Shown in pieces: positions 13,951 to 28,036 of a DNA stretch of 64,000 nt. A program made the translations under genes and the position numbers. The DNA lies in contig OZ360234.1 of the NCBI GenBank assembly GCA_977017645.1, positions 16,368,001 to 16,432,000 on the forward strand, given 5' to 3'. The DNA comes from Torpedo marmorata. Its lineage: Eukaryota. Positions within the stretch are counted from its first letter, which is position 1; each line of letters begins with the position of its first letter. Below the pieces are notes generated by a model. It was not told the origin of the DNA. It made no database searches and saw only the letters and a program-made list of their open reading frames with translations.

Positions 13951-14721
13951 AAGTATGACTAAGATTATTAATGTCAGATATAGACTAGTGCAATATAATT
14001 TTTTCCATCAATTATATTTAACACCTAAAAAATTAAAATTTAATCCGACACTAACTGGTTTACGTTTTAGATGTAACAGAGAGGAAGGTTCTTTTATACA
14101 TTCTACATGGCTTTGTCCAAAGATATATGATTTTTGGTTGAAAGTTAAAAAGTTTTTAGATAAAGTATTAAGAATTATACTCCCAAGGGATCCTATGATA
14201 TTTTTATTTGGAAATATTAAAAGAATTAGTACCAAGCTGAAATTAAATATGTATCAAATAGAATTTTTGCGAATTGCTTTAGCTGTTTCAAAGAAATGTA
14301 TTGCTATTACTTGGAAATCTGATGTAGATTTAGGGTTAGAAAGGTGGCATGCAGAACTTCGTTCATGTATACCACTTGAAAAAATTACCGCACTTACAAT
14401 TTACGTAATAAATATCATTTATTTTTGAAAACATGGAGTCCATATATAAAAACAGTTGGTTTAAGGATTTGAAGATCTCTGGATATCAGATCTGACTGGT
14501 GATCCTATTTTCCACAATAAAATTAGTTTATAGTTCTTTTTTTTTTCAGATTGACATTCTCCTTATATCTTTTTCTTTCTTTATTTTCTATTTTATAGAT
14601 TAGTAGGGGTGGGAGGGAGGCTGGGGGGGGGGGAGAAAATATATCACATGTATTTTGATAATTTTGCATTTTGTAGTGTATTGTGTGATTTAAAATTTTA
14701 AATAAAATATTTTTTTTAAAA
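13951..14721 (+). mobile_element. 5'-truncated L1, same family as 8230-9782
   Basis: Near-identical ORF2 C-terminus; perfect 18-bp TSD AAGGATTGCATCCCATTT at 13933-13950 and 14722-14739. Confidence 0.93.
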
Positions 14722-14789
14722 AAGGATTGCATCCCATTTTCTTTGTTAGTTTCTAAATACCATGACAATTCAAATAACTGCCAACCCCT

Positions 14790-14936
14790 TTACAGCACCA
14801 GCAATCGGGACCAGGGGTTTGAATCCTGTGCTGTCTGTAAGGTGTTTGTATGTTCTCCCCGTGTCTGCGTGGGTTTTCCCCGGGGGCTCTGGTTTCCTCC
14901 CACCGTTCAAAAAAATGTGCCGGGGGGGGGGGCAGG
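14790..14936 (+). mobile_element. V-SINE-like tRNA-derived SINE, 5' part (3' part at 17648-17730), split by a hAT insertion
   Basis: B-box-like GGTTTGAATCC and central GTTCTCCCCGTGTCTGCGTGGGTTTTCC...GGTTTCCTCCCAC; collinear with uninterrupted copies at 27496 and 30311. Confidence 0.85.
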
Positions 14937-17647
14937 CAAGGCCGCCAATTGGGCGGATTTCGTGCCCAACCGGGTTAGTTTCGGAGCGCGGCTGCTGGTT
15001 TTGGGCTACCTTTAAGGGTGTGCGCGGTTTTTCGGGTGGAACTCCATGATGAAATTATGACGTCTCTGACAAATCATTTGAGTCAATAAAAGTGAACAGT
15101 GCAATTGCAAATTTTAATGAAACGTTAATTGTTAATTAAACAATCAAACAAATTTTGGCGATCTTGAGTGCCGATTTCTATTATAGCGCAAAGCTTGTAC
15201 TCCCTTTAAAGGTATGTTTGAAAACATTTTGGGGTCATCCATAATTTATCAGCCATTAGTAGTTTATCATAAAATGTGTTCAAAATGCAGTAAAGCACCC
15301 TCCCGTCGCCCTGTCTGCTTTTGTCATTATTTGGTCGTACCCTCCCCACCCCTGCTGTCTTTTGCATCCATAGGCCACGGCAAAATCCATCAGTCGTTTA
15401 TTTAGGCCCGTAGCTAAATGTAGGCTATAACCCTATTTAACAGAGTATTTTTTGAGTTTCAAATTAATCTATCCACTCGTTAGTTAACCTTAACTATTTA
15501 TTCCTTTAGCAGGGTGTACCCTCATGGGTAAGTGGTCAAAACACGAGAAGCGTTATTGTGAATCCTGGGAGAGAAGCCAATTTAAGGAATGGATCCAGAA
15601 AGTGTCAGGCGATGCTACAAAATACTGCTGATGCCAAATTCGTGTCGATAGGAGCAACTTGATATCGCACAGCTCAACTGAAATGCAGCACCGTTTTCCA
15701 GCATGAGAAATCTTTTTGATATGGATTGTCATCAAAAAATAGTTGATAATAGCATTAAACCTTCTGAACTGAAATTAGCTGCGCACGTTGCTTGCCATTC
15801 AAGTATATCAACAGTAGATCATCTGAGGGAATTAGTTCAAAGTATATTTGGGAAAGACTTGGCAGTCCATCGTACAAAATGCACTTCTTTGATTAAACAT
15901 GTTCTCAGTCCATCGATTCAGGAAGATTTATTGCAGGATTTAAATGACACACCACACTCGCTTATCATTGACGAAAGCACCGATATAACAACAGAGAAAC
16001 AACTCTGCATCATGGTTCGTTTCTACAGTTCTAGGATGTGTAAAGTTGTGACAACTTTTCTGGGTATAATTTTAGTGGAGGCTGGAACAGCCGAGGCTAT
16101 TTTTACTGCATTAATGAAATTCCTGAATGATAAGAAACTGTCAAGTGATAAGTGCAGAGGTCTTGCATCAGATGGGTGTAATACAATGTCCGGCAATACA
16201 AGTCGTCATAACAAAGTTCCGAGATACATCCAACAGTTGTTCACATCAAGTGTATTTGCCATTCTATACAGCTATGTTCATCATATACTCTTAAAATTAT
16301 GCCTCGCAATGTAGAATTTATGGAGTCTGAAACATACAACTGGTTCTCTCATAGTACTGTTTGCCAAAATTAGTATAGAAGTATCTATTCGTGCATAAAT
16401 GTTGGCGAAGAGCAACTGAAGATTTTGAAGTTGTCTGATACAAGATGGCTTTCAATTGCACCATGCGTTCAACGCATTTTGGACCAGTATGAAGAACTAA
16501 AGCTTCACTTTCAACTAGTAAAAGATACAGAAAGGAATTACAACGCAGAGCTGCTGTTTCAGATGTACTGTGCACCGGAAAACAAGCTGTATCTGGTATT
16601 TATACAGCCTATGCTAAATCAACTGTCCAGAGTGAACAAACTGTTCGAGCTTGAAAAAGGTAGTTCAATTAAATTGGTTGAAGAACTTATGGGCTTGTAT
16701 CGCACCATTATGGAACGGGTGATGCGACCAGCTACTGTTAATACATGGACAGTGGTACTAGCTTACGATATCAACAATCAAGCCAATCATCTTCCAATTG
16801 GTGCAGTTAATTTCGGGATCAAATTTCATGTTATGCTAGCAGACATGAATATGGAATGCTGTCCAGTAGCAGAGGATATTAAGATGTCGGATTATCTCAT
16901 TGAGTTATTGAACCAGATGCAGAAAAGACTTCCATCAAATGTCCAGCTGTTGGAATCTTTAGCTGATTTGAGCCCGTCCATCGTTCTCAGTTCGAAAAGA
17001 CTGCCTTTGTCTAAGCTCTCGTTTTTGTCACAGTTTACTAGAAAAAACCTTGGGCTGTTAGAACAACAGTGGAACAAACTTCATTTAATGTCATGGTCAA
17101 ACATAGAAGACTTGAATGTTGAACAATTCTGGATCGATGTCATCAACCATACGGATGCAGCAGGTGAACATGCCTTATATGAAATAGGTAATTTCGCGTT
17201 ATCACTCTTGGCACTGCCTTTCAGCGATGCGGCCGTTGAAAGAACTTTCTCTCAGATGAACCTTATCAAAACAAAACTGAGAAACAGAAAGCAACAAGAA
17301 CTGCTGGAGGCAATATTAAAGATTCGTGGGTGTATGTCCAGAAACAATTTCTGCTTAACAGTTTCGAGCCAACACCACCTATGCTGAGCCGTTTTACATC
17401 AGATATGTACAAATGTTACGACAATAATGAACACAACTTAGATTTCTCGATTTTTCTAGCCTTGTTTAAGACTTTTTTTTTATATCCAGTTATTATACGC
17501 AGGATTATTTTTGTCAATTTGTCTGCATGTAATGCAGGACTTTGTAGAGAATCTTCCATAATTAATTGAATCTTGAAATTTCAATTTTGGGCTATATTTT
17601 ATGACTGGTTGTGCTAATAAAAAAAATTTTGACATCTGGCAACACTG
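14937..17647 (+). mobile_element. hAT DNA transposon, near full-length, frameshifted transposase (about 15524-17440)
   Basis: SLIIDESTD, GLASDG, HIKCICHS (CxxH), LSDTRWLS and hATC motif LALPFSDAAVERTFSQMNLIKTKLRNR. Right TIR CAGTGTTGCCA, degenerate left TIR CAAGGCCGCCA; imperfect 8-bp TSD GGGGCAGG / GGTGTAAG. Confidence 0.9.
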
Positions 17648-17730
17648 GGTGTAAGTCAATCGGGTGTATTTGGGTGGCACGGGCTCGTGGGCCAAAATGG
17701 CCTGTTACCGTGCTGTATGTCTAAATTTAA
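17648..17730 (+). mobile_element. V-SINE-like element, 3' part
   Basis: GGCACGGGCTCGTGGGCCAAAATGGCCTGTTACCGTGCTGTATGTCTAAATTT, matching the tail of the other copies. Confidence 0.85.
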
Positions 17731-20700
17731 ATATTTTCAATGAGTAAATTGTCAGATACATGGATTAGTAATCCACAAATGTGTGTTTCAGCCCTCCTTG
17801 GGAGAATTTAAATAAATCTGAAATAGAGTTATGGGGCCACAAAACAATCAGATTGATTTAGTTTGTTAATACCAACCTGGTTGGCCAATGCAGTTAGGGA
17901 AAAAAATCCCTCCTCGCCTTGTCTGGCTTGCATGCGACTTTAGATATAACCAATGATATTGTGTTATCTGCCTTAGAAACGATTTGGCAAACCACTCTGT
18001 TCCAGAATCAATGAGGAAGACAACAAATAAAGTCTGACTGCGGATATCCTGAAATTCGACGGCCAGGGGACATCAACCAAGTAATGTGAAAGCTTATTTT
18101 AGTTTTAGGTTACTAATTTGTTTCACTGAATGCAAGTCCTCTTGCAATATTTTGTATAATGAAACGCAAGAAAATTCACCAGCTTCTATTTTCAATATAA
18201 TGATTAGGTGTATCATGGTACAAGACATCTCAAAATTAAACAAATTAAATGAAAAAGTTACAAAAAAGCTTGTTTGTTTAAATAATTGTTGCAAAGTAGA
18301 GAATTAATGTCAAAATAAATTTCTGGAATATTAGTTCTTGAAGGAAAGTGCAGTGTTGTTAATGAAGAACATCACTTAATATTGACAATGATTTTCTCCA
18401 CATATAAAGTGTACTTGTGGCTTGCTCCCTTCATTTTCCTTGATTCTTGCACCTTGTTTCTCACTCGAGGTCTGAAATTGCAAAACAAAAGTCTTCCCGG
18501 AAAGTTAATTTGTTTTGTTTGCTTGTTAACTGGTATTTTAGTAGCTTAACTATTCATCCATAAATCTGCCCCCACCCCAGCACTAAATTGGCAAAAGCTC
18601 AGGCTGAGTAAATGGAGATACACAAATCCTATGCTGTGAGGTGTGAAAAAATGAAGTCATGTTCAGAAGACAATTATATTGGTCAGTTTGGGTATAAGTA
18701 TTGAATAGAGAAAGAAAAATAATCATAGATCCCCAAAACATTATTGAAATGGTGGAGTATGACAAAAAAGTATTCAGTGATAGGTCAAAATATATTAATA
18801 TAATGAAACAAAATGAAACCAAAATATTCACAAAATAAACTCACCTTTTCAAAAGAATATTGGAATGAATTTAATGTATTCTGTACCTACTCAATCACCC
18901 ACCACAGGAAATTCCACATGCTGGAATAAGAAACAAGCTTCTCCTCTTGTAGCTGAAAATCACATTGAAATATCCACAAAATAAAAATAAACTAATACAA
19001 ATAAGGTAGTAGGTTGATGATTAAAATAAATACCTTATATTAAGAATTTACTCACATTTCAACATTTATGCAGATAGAAAAAGACCAGCTAATTTGTCAA
19101 ATAGACTAGAGAATGAAATAGGACAGATGGTTAAGTTTTTAAATTTTGTTGCAAGGGTACAAAATGGAAGAGAGATAAATGGGGGGGGGGGGAGAGGAAC
19201 CAATCAGGAAAGAAATAAGAGCAACCAAAGTAAAGAACAAAAAATTAACTTCACAGAAGATCAAACTCAGCTCAGAGTTAAATGGGGTAATATTGTTGCA
19301 GCCTGAATTAATCAAAAAGAACATAGGAATAAATTTTAAAAGTGTACACATATTCTGGAAAGAAATGCAGGAAGAGTAATCAATGTTTATTTGTTGGCAG
19401 AGGTCAAGTATACAAGCAGGATAGGAAGGGTTTAATTTACAGCTCTATCTTGGGTTCAAAAATGTAGCGTACAATGTAAAAATTCTTCACAGAGTATATA
19501 TGTGAGAAATATATATACCGGTAGTAGTCAAATTATAATGAAGTCAATAAAAAGCAATCATACATTCAGAGACAAAATAGCTCCAAATGGAAATGGTAGG
19601 AGCATCATGTTCTACAAGTTCAAAACTGTGTTGCAATCCTGGGTACATTCAAAGAAAAAAAAAACAACAGACAAATTTTGGGAATATCAGTATATTAGAT
19701 GTTATTATATATTCGATTAAGTAATGCTGCAGAAATTTTAGTACCTACTTGATAAAGCAGCCAGGCCACAGCTTAATGTGTTTTCCAAGACATTGCTGGA
19801 TGATTGCAAATTAATGCTCTTTAGAATGTTTACAGATTTACAGAATGCAAAAGTATGCTTTGCAGAGTTGAAATGTGGAAGTCTATTAATTCATTGGCAT
19901 GTTCAGTACATTAAAATACTTTGTGTTAGAAATCTTTATCTGCTCTGATAAACACTGGAATCGATGTTAACACAGAATACTTCCCAATTTTATTAGGAGG
20001 CGTGCACTCTGGTTTACCGTTCGCCCCCTCCACTGGCAGCCAGGAAATTAACTGACAAAAATATTCTGTACAAGATGTTACACGTTTTGTTTTCTTTTAC
20101 CGTGCAGTTTTCTAAATCGTGAATAGACAAAACCCATCTCCATAATGTTAGATAATGCTTCTTTTTATTTAAAAAAAATCAGTAGTTGCAGCATAATGAA
20201 AAGCACTAGTTTATGTTGTAAGAGCATTGCTCAGGATTCACTTATTCTTGGAAAAGTGTGAAATAGCAAAATGGTTAATAACAATCTTACACTGCATCTT
20301 TGATATAGTATTTTACATCAGCCAGCAGCTGGTCCCATTTACTCATGGGTTTATGTACTCAACACTGCACAACCATTGGACACAAGCACCCAGCTGAAAA
20401 GACATCACAAAATCAGCATTGGGCTGTCAGCTGGAGCAACATTTGAGGCCTGCTTATCAAGAACTAATGCAAGCATACTCCCATAGTTATACAACATTTA
20501 CAGCAAAGAGATTTGATGTTGAACTTGCCATCTGAATCTATTCATAATAGTGGTGCTCCATCCTTTCTTATTAGTTGAGATAATGTTTTTAGTTATATTA
20601 TACAAATTATGATGATCACTTCGGTGCAACCAAGTTTGATTCATTTTCATTGTTGAAAGTGTAATTATATTAAAATATCAAATGTTTAATATTTTAATAT

Positions 20701-21509
20701 ATTTTAATATTTACTATGAAAATAAATTCTGGAGTTTGGGAATTTCACTTTAAGGGCAAAACTCATTCTCATCCCAAATACCCCAAAATATAGGACAAAA
20801 TACTGCAATTTTTGTAAATATAAAACAGATGTTAATATGGTCAGATAGTATCTGTGAAGGAAAAAGTGTCAAGATTTCAGATTGCCTTCAATGACATTTA
20901 CCTGATGAATCATTCGAAAAAGTTTGAAGTTTCTTTTTACCGATGCTATTTGATTCACAGTATCTCGACAATTTAACTTTAAGCTAAAAATGTCTGATCA
21001 CCCATCTTATAATATATTGTGCACAATTACAGGTTCCAATAAAATGCAGTTTAAAACTAAATGAAAACTTTAACTGATAAAGGCACATTACAATTATTAC
21101 AGGCTTCAAATTGGTAGAACATCTCACAATCAAAAACCTATTATACAGCCCTCAAGCTCTAAACAATGGGCAAGAAAAATAGTAATGACGACAAAACTAG
21201 TTTATAATTGTTTCAGGTGTTGAATATCATTACTGCAGTGCTTGCTGATAGATTAATCATTAAATATATCTAACCTGTAGCTCATAAAAAATATTCAAGA
21301 GGAGACAAAAAATATCAGTATTGTTTCACTTGTTTTTCTTCTCCACAACTTGTTCATTGCTGAAGGTTTTGCAAAGGGCAACAGAAGTAGAGAATATCCA
21401 GATCCCTGCTGGCCACGTGAGTAAAATAACAAATGTGTGTTTATGAAATCAAATGTCACAAGTTAGAAGTACATAGTAGAAAATCAGGAGGAAAAATTAA
21501 AATGACACT

Positions 21510-21790
21510 GTGGTACAGCTTCGTGTCTCACAGCTCCAGTGACAGAAATTCAGATCTGATCTCCACTGCTGGGTGGAGTTCACACGTTTCCCATGACCCA
21601 GCTGCTCCAGTTTCTTACACATCCCAGACATGACAGTTGATAGATTAATTGCTCATTGTAAATCTCCCCTTGTGTAGGTGAGAGGGGCACAGTTAAGGGT
21701 AATGTGGGAGAATTTAGTGCAAATAGGTGCTCGATGGTCAGTGCAGATTCTTAGGCTGAAAGTGCCTGTTTCACGCTGCATTAATGTATC
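21510..21790 (+). mobile_element. Old, diverged V-SINE-like element
   Basis: CTCACAGCTCCAGTGAC head, GGAGTTCACACGTTTCCCATGACC core and GCCTGTTTCACGCTG tail. Confidence 0.6.
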
Positions 21791-23669
21791 TCTCAAACGT
21801 GAAAATAGGATATATTGAATAATTTAGGATGAAACTTAACCATACTTGAGATATTTATACTGCACCTTTCATGCTCCAAGGTTCCAGATATTTAATAGCC
21901 AATTAAAATCTTCTGTTGTGTACTTGGTGTTCTTTTTAAGAAATTCAACAGTTAATGAACAAAAGAACATCGCAAAGTGTTCTTTTATGAACCGATTGAT
22001 GACATTGATCAGGATAAACATAGACCAGGACTAAAGGGAAAATGCTCATACTGCAAGTAGTTTCTGACAGCCAGCTAAATAGAGTAACCGTCCAATTAAA
22101 ATTTCATCCAAAAGATGGCAATGACTATGCTCCACTGGTTATAGCTCATGTTAGCCTCAGTTTATGTTCAAGTGCTTGGAGTAGGGTTAAAACCTACAAC
22201 TCTTGGACTCAAATGCAAAGGTACTCAGCTTCTCTTGCTGGCAAGAGAAAAAAATTGCTACTACTGTATTAAAATTAATGACAAAACAATGAAATATTGA
22301 TTAAAGAAAAAAATGAAACTTCACAGGTCAATTTTACATTCTGCCTGTGATAGTTATCTCTGAATACACTCTTAACAAAATAAATCCTTCTGAAATCACT
22401 ATGGTTCTCAGAATAATCCGTTTTCATCCAGGGTAAAGTTAGATAGGAGTCAACATTAGAAATTTACAAATAGTTTAACTAGGCCTATTTGTAACATACA
22501 TAGAAAAAAAAACTCGCAAGAACTCCACTCCTTTCCAGTCGCAGTTCTTTCTGAAAATGTGGCCACCAGTCAAATAATGTGGTGTCACAACTTAATTGAA
22601 AATATTTGCTTTAAGAACATGTTCACTTTTTAAAAATATTCCACAGCAAAATTCTGAGCAGCATGGGAAAATGCACGTGGATGCAGGTAGTGGTGCGCCA
22701 TCTCCCTCTCCCTGCCCTCTATTCTCACTTAAAAATATACTTCTAGAGATTAAACACACATTTTACACTGTTAAGTAATATGCCTTCCAAAAGTAAACAA
22801 GTTTACAATTCTGCATAAGACCCTGGTGAGCAAAATCATAATGCCTAATTCTGACACAAGATTTTAAATCTATTATGCTCAATGTCAAGAGATTTCTTTT
22901 CACGCTTGGAGTTATTTAACCAAACTGACAATAAAATGAATAGCAAGCATATTTGAATGTTAATTTACATACTTAATTTACCTACAGGTAATATTAGACT
23001 GTTTAAAAGGATAAACATTTGAGGTCAAACTCAGCTGGGACCTTTCTTGACCATTGAAAGATGAGGATAATTTTCCACAATCTGCAGTGGTTTCCAGGAG
23101 GTTGCAACTTATCCAACAAATGGAAATAGACATTTCAGTCAGTCAGATCCTCCAATTTCAGTTTTGCATTCATGGTATATTGGAGGCATTTTACAGCAAT
23201 ATCCACATTACACACTTCTCCAAATATTTTCCATGCCATTTCTCCAAAAAAGTTATCCACAGGAATGAACATGTAGTTTGCATTCGAAATACTGTACAAG
23301 TAAAAAACACTTTTTTTTGGGTGAATTTGCACAGAATCACCATCAAATTCTCTGAATCTACTTCAATTTTCTTCAGTCAAACTGAAATCCCTGATAAAAA
23401 CATCTTAAAACATACGCATTTTAAAACAGGACACAGAAGCAGAATTCAGGTTACACCAATTATGCATCTTTCAAGATCATAAAGGCTTCATGACCATTGG
23501 GGTGAACATCATTCTGGAATCTAAAATAGGAAATCAGAAATAGTGAAGAAACTGCTCCTCTGCAGAGTAATTCATTAGCCAGTGATTTTACCAACTACAA
23601 AGGCAAGTAACTACAAAGGCAAGTATGACTAGTTATACTGTAATAAGTTTAATTGTCATACATCGTATA

Positions 23670-24785
23670 TAGCACAGAAATGGACCCACTTGGCCCACCT
23701 CATTTATGCCATTCGTGATGTCTATCTAATCTTATCCACATGAGCCCCACATGCTTCTCAATCTTTCCTTTCCAAAGTCCAAGCACCAGTTAAAAGTTAT
23801 ATCTGCCGCCATCACCACCCCCTGTATGAAAAAACTTGCCCCTCAGGTCTCTGTTAAATTTCTTCCCTCTCTTGAATCTTAAGTCTACTCTCCTGCCCTG
23901 GGGATAAAATATTCTATCTATCCTATCCATGCCCCTCAAATTTTATAATCCTCAATAAAGGCTGCCCATCAGCCTTCTATGCTCCATTGAAAATAAACCC
24001 AGCCCATCCAATCTCTCCTTGTAACTCAAGCAACCTGGTGAATCTCATCTGCACTCTGTGTTGGAAGTCTTACCCTCCCTCTATTGCTACCACATCCTTC
24101 CTGAAGTTCGGCACCAGAACTTGTACACACAACCTCACGTGTAGTCTGATCAATGTTTTGCAGAACTGCAGCACGACATCTCAAGTCTTGTACTCAATGC
24201 CTCAGCCCTTGAAGGTAGGCATACCATGTGCCTTTCTTCCCATCCCATCCAGCTGTGCTGCCACTTATAGGGAGCTATGGACTTGCACCCAAGGTCTCTC
24301 TGTACATCAATGCTGCCAAGATCCCTGTTATTTGCTTTACTTGTTTTACCAGAAGTTTACCTCCCTAACTGCATTACTTCGCATTTGTCTGAGTTAAGTT
24401 GCATCTGCCAACTTTCCACCTGATCAATGTCCTGCTTTATCTTTAAATAAACTTCATTATTTATGACTCCAATTGTGTCGCCTGCAAACTTACTAATCGG
24501 ACCATCTACATTCATATGCAAGACCTTAGTATACATACATTAAAAACAAAAGGTCCCACCACCGACTCCTGTGGTATATCATTTGTTAGATTTTCAGGCA
24601 AAAAAGACTGCACCAGTAACCTCTGTGCATCACTAAGCCAATTTTGGTCTATTGTCAATACGTTTCAGGTATTCCTTGTACCCTAGCTCTGGACTAGCCT
24701 TCCATGTCAAAAGCCTAACTAGCCATGTAAACCATGTCTATTGCTCTGCTTTGATTAATTTTCTTGGTTGCCTCCTCAAAAAACT
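23670..24785 (-). mobile_element. Old CR1 LINE fragment
   Basis: Reverse complement shows decayed CR1 ORF2 C-terminus and 3' end, collinear with the CR1 copy at 33952-35220. Confidence 0.7.
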
Positions 24786-24789
24786 TGCG

Positions 24790-24860
24790 ACACGACCTCC
24801 TGAAGAAGGGTTCAGGCCCAAAATATCAAGTGTTTGTTGCTTTCTATGACTCGCTGAGTC
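24790..24860 (+). mobile_element. Short Penelope-like terminal remnant with decayed hammerhead motif
   Basis: CTGAAGAAGGGTTCAGGCCCAAAATATC...GACTCGCTGAGT resembles the ends of the other Penelope-like copies. Confidence 0.55.
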
Positions 24861-27495
24861 AAAAAATATTGTGGAAATAGTTTAAAAAAAGTTTTAAATT
24901 GGCACCCCTAGTGGTCAGTTCACCAATCCACGCAACACGCAATCTCAAGCAACTGGCAAATTCACTGATCCGGAATCTACCAATCGCCATAAGTGCCAGA
25001 TACCGGGGGTTTTTACTGGAAAAGAGAGATTGAAGTAAAAAAACACTCGAAAAAGAAACAACAGCCCTATTTCGAGACGTAACACGGTTGGAGCATAACA
25101 ATTATATTCGTAGCTTAATTTTGCATGTATTTGCCATAATATAGATTTTTTTGGACATTCAAATATCTTGAAGCTCCTACAGCAAAGGAGCACTGGAGCT
25201 CAAGGATCTACTTAAGATGTTTATGACATAGGAGGAAGACCAATTCTAGAAAGTGAGAAGGCTGAAAGCAATGGTCACGTATGTGTATAGGAGGCGGGCA
25301 GAGGAGAAAGAGAATTCACATCGACTACATTGGAAACCAAAATAAGCATTATCTGTTGGTCTGCTTTGTCCAGTATATTGGCAGTACAACATCTTTCATC
25401 ATATCCATGACTTCAGGCAAAAAACCCAAAAACATACCATAACATGGTGGAACCTGCAAGAAACAACATCCAACACACTATTAATTCACATTTTTATATA
25501 ATGTTATACAATAATATAAATTTTCCCGTGAACCCAGTTTGAAGTGCAGGAACTGGGGTTCCTGTGGTTAGAGTAAGCACAGCAGCCATGGCTGGGGAAA
25601 CAAGAGACCCGAAGGGCAACACTTCTGACAACCAGAGAGTAAATTCTCAAGAGTTTTACAATTATGGAACACCAGCCCCAATTTCATGAAAACAGATTCC
25701 CAATGAGCAAAGAGAAAAATGCTTGCAAAAGGGAAGAATGGAGGAGATGGCTCATACGTTATCAAGATCTTTCAGAAAAGGATTGGAATTCACGTCTGCA
25801 ATGCAGGCATAAAAGGATTATGTTTAAAACTAATTGGGAATATACATATGCAAAGAACCCACCTCGTCCCTTCTTTTTTAATCACCTGCCAATGCTCCTG
25901 ACAGTGTTTCATCCTTGCATCCATCAAGTTCACTTTATTATTCCATTGCTTTGTAACCAAGTTTTGCTTGCCCAATATTCTGCATCCATTCCCCATCACT
26001 TTTGGACTTCCTGGCCAATCATCAGAACTTTCAGTTTTTATATGACAATTTCATCGCATTGCTAACCTCTTTCAGCACCCTCACCAACTCTGCTTCCCCA
26101 ATTCCAGCACCTTGTGCCTTCAGTATTTAATCATCTCATTACACCCACCCCACTATCCAACACCCAGCCACCATTTGGCATCTCTATTGGTTGACCAAGA
26201 ACATGGATTGGGGGCAAAGAAAATAATAATTTCCTTTGGTGGCACAAAAAGCAACACCTTCAATTTACATATCAACATCAGAGATGAAATACTAGCATCT
26301 CAAATGTGGCCAAAAGATGTAAAATGTTGTGATTGTTACTTTCTTCAAAAACAATTCAGGTGTTTGAAAAGGTTGCAGTAAATGCAAAACTGATTTTTAA
26401 TAAGAGCAATAAGATCAGCCTATTTACCATAAATTGGCGATAAGCTGAGATCCAGCAATTTTGTCTTAAGTTTATAGTTTTGTCAAAACTACAAAAATGA
26501 GCAGCGGTGCAGTCTCAACAGAAGATTATCAAATTAACAAACAATTTAGAGGTGAAAAACATGGAAACAAACCAATTTATAAATTCACAAGTTACCAATA
26601 CATAAATCAGTTTTAAAAATGCTCACAATCATTGTGACATCAGGAAAGTTAAGAAATCAGATTTTAAGGATAAAATGTTACACAATCGCATAAAATTAAA
26701 AGTTCACCACAAAGACAGAGCCCAACTTCTATGCCACCTGTTCTACATCTCAAAACAACTTCATACCCAGTTTTCTTAGTTGAGAAGTGCTTCTAAAAAG
26801 GTTAAAAAAAACATTGTCACTAAGAATGAAGTTTAAGTTTGTATATTTAAGAGAAAGTGAGAATTCAGGAGATTTCTTTAAAAAATCAATAAAGATAAAA
26901 TGGCTTGCCAGAGCATTTTTGCTATTATAAATGCAATTTCCTGTAGCAAATTATTCCATCCTAATTAGTCAACAAAGGAATTTCTAACACCAGGCTTTAT
27001 TTTAAGCATTACCACTGGTCACCAGAAGTTCAGATTTATGTCCTATGAGCAATGTTTAACTTAAAATGCTCTAATTTGCTCTCACTGTACATATTCCAGG
27101 GAAAATCGCATTTAAACCCAAACTCTGAACCATCCATTGCACCAAACTACTGGATTAACAAAATACATGATCTAGAATTCATTTCTGGATGATTCATTTA
27201 TTAAAAGCATCAAGTGAGCATCCCAAAGATGGTGGCCAATTCTATGGCTGCCATATTACCCTTGGTGCCTCACCCATTTTAGAACTGTTGTGGATGAAGC
27301 CACCTTGCACATTCCACACCAGGCATCATACTCAAATCCACCTTTGAACCAGTAAATGAAAATTTTAATCACGTCAAATGTGTTTTCTTTTAATTCTTGT
27401 GTGAGCTCAAGATGTCCATCATGTCTTTTGTCTTTTAAAATTACATGAAATTAAAAAAAGTATTTCTAAAGCCATTTCTTTCAGGTATTATTTAA

Positions 27496-27732
27496 TTTAA
27501 TTTAGAGATACAGCACGGTAATAGGCCATTTCGGCCCACAAGCCTGTGCCGCCCAATTATACCCAATTAACCTACAACCCCCAGTACGTTTTTTGAACAG
27601 TGGGAGGAAACCGGAGCCCCCGGGAAAAACCCACACAGACACAGGGAGAACGTACAAACTCCTGACAGGCAGCACAGGATTCGAATCCAATCGCTGGCGC
27701 TGTAACAGCGTTGGGCTAACCGCTACGCTAAC
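27496..27732 (-). mobile_element. V-SINE-like element, full length
   Basis: A-box-like TAGCGTAGCGG, B-box-like GATTCGAATCC, central domain and AT-rich tail. Confidence 0.88.
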
Positions 27733-28036
27733 CCTTTCTGCAAATTCAATGTTTCCAGAAAATTCATTACCATTTCAAAAGCTGATGGAAAAATTTAAAC
27801 TCTGTAATGGTGTTTCAAAGGACATTTCCTGCCCTAATTTTAAAACTGAAAAAATTCTTTACTATTTTGGTGCAACATTAGCTTACATTCCCACTTTGCA
27901 GTTTAATCTCCCTTTTCACTTCCTTCCTCTTTTCCACTTAATTAACCCATTTTACATCTGTGTTAATCTCCAATTATTCTGATAAATTTATATCATGAAG
28001 ATAATCACTCTGTACGTGATGCATTATATTCCTATA

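Noticed and set aside
15524-17440. Domesticated ZBED/ZNF862-like host gene
   Set aside because: Multiple frameshifts and stops; TIR and TSD are retained inside a SINE.
24900-24918. CTCF-like motif (another near 20022-20040)
   Set aside because: Both deviate at core positions and cannot be supported without ChIP or conservation data.
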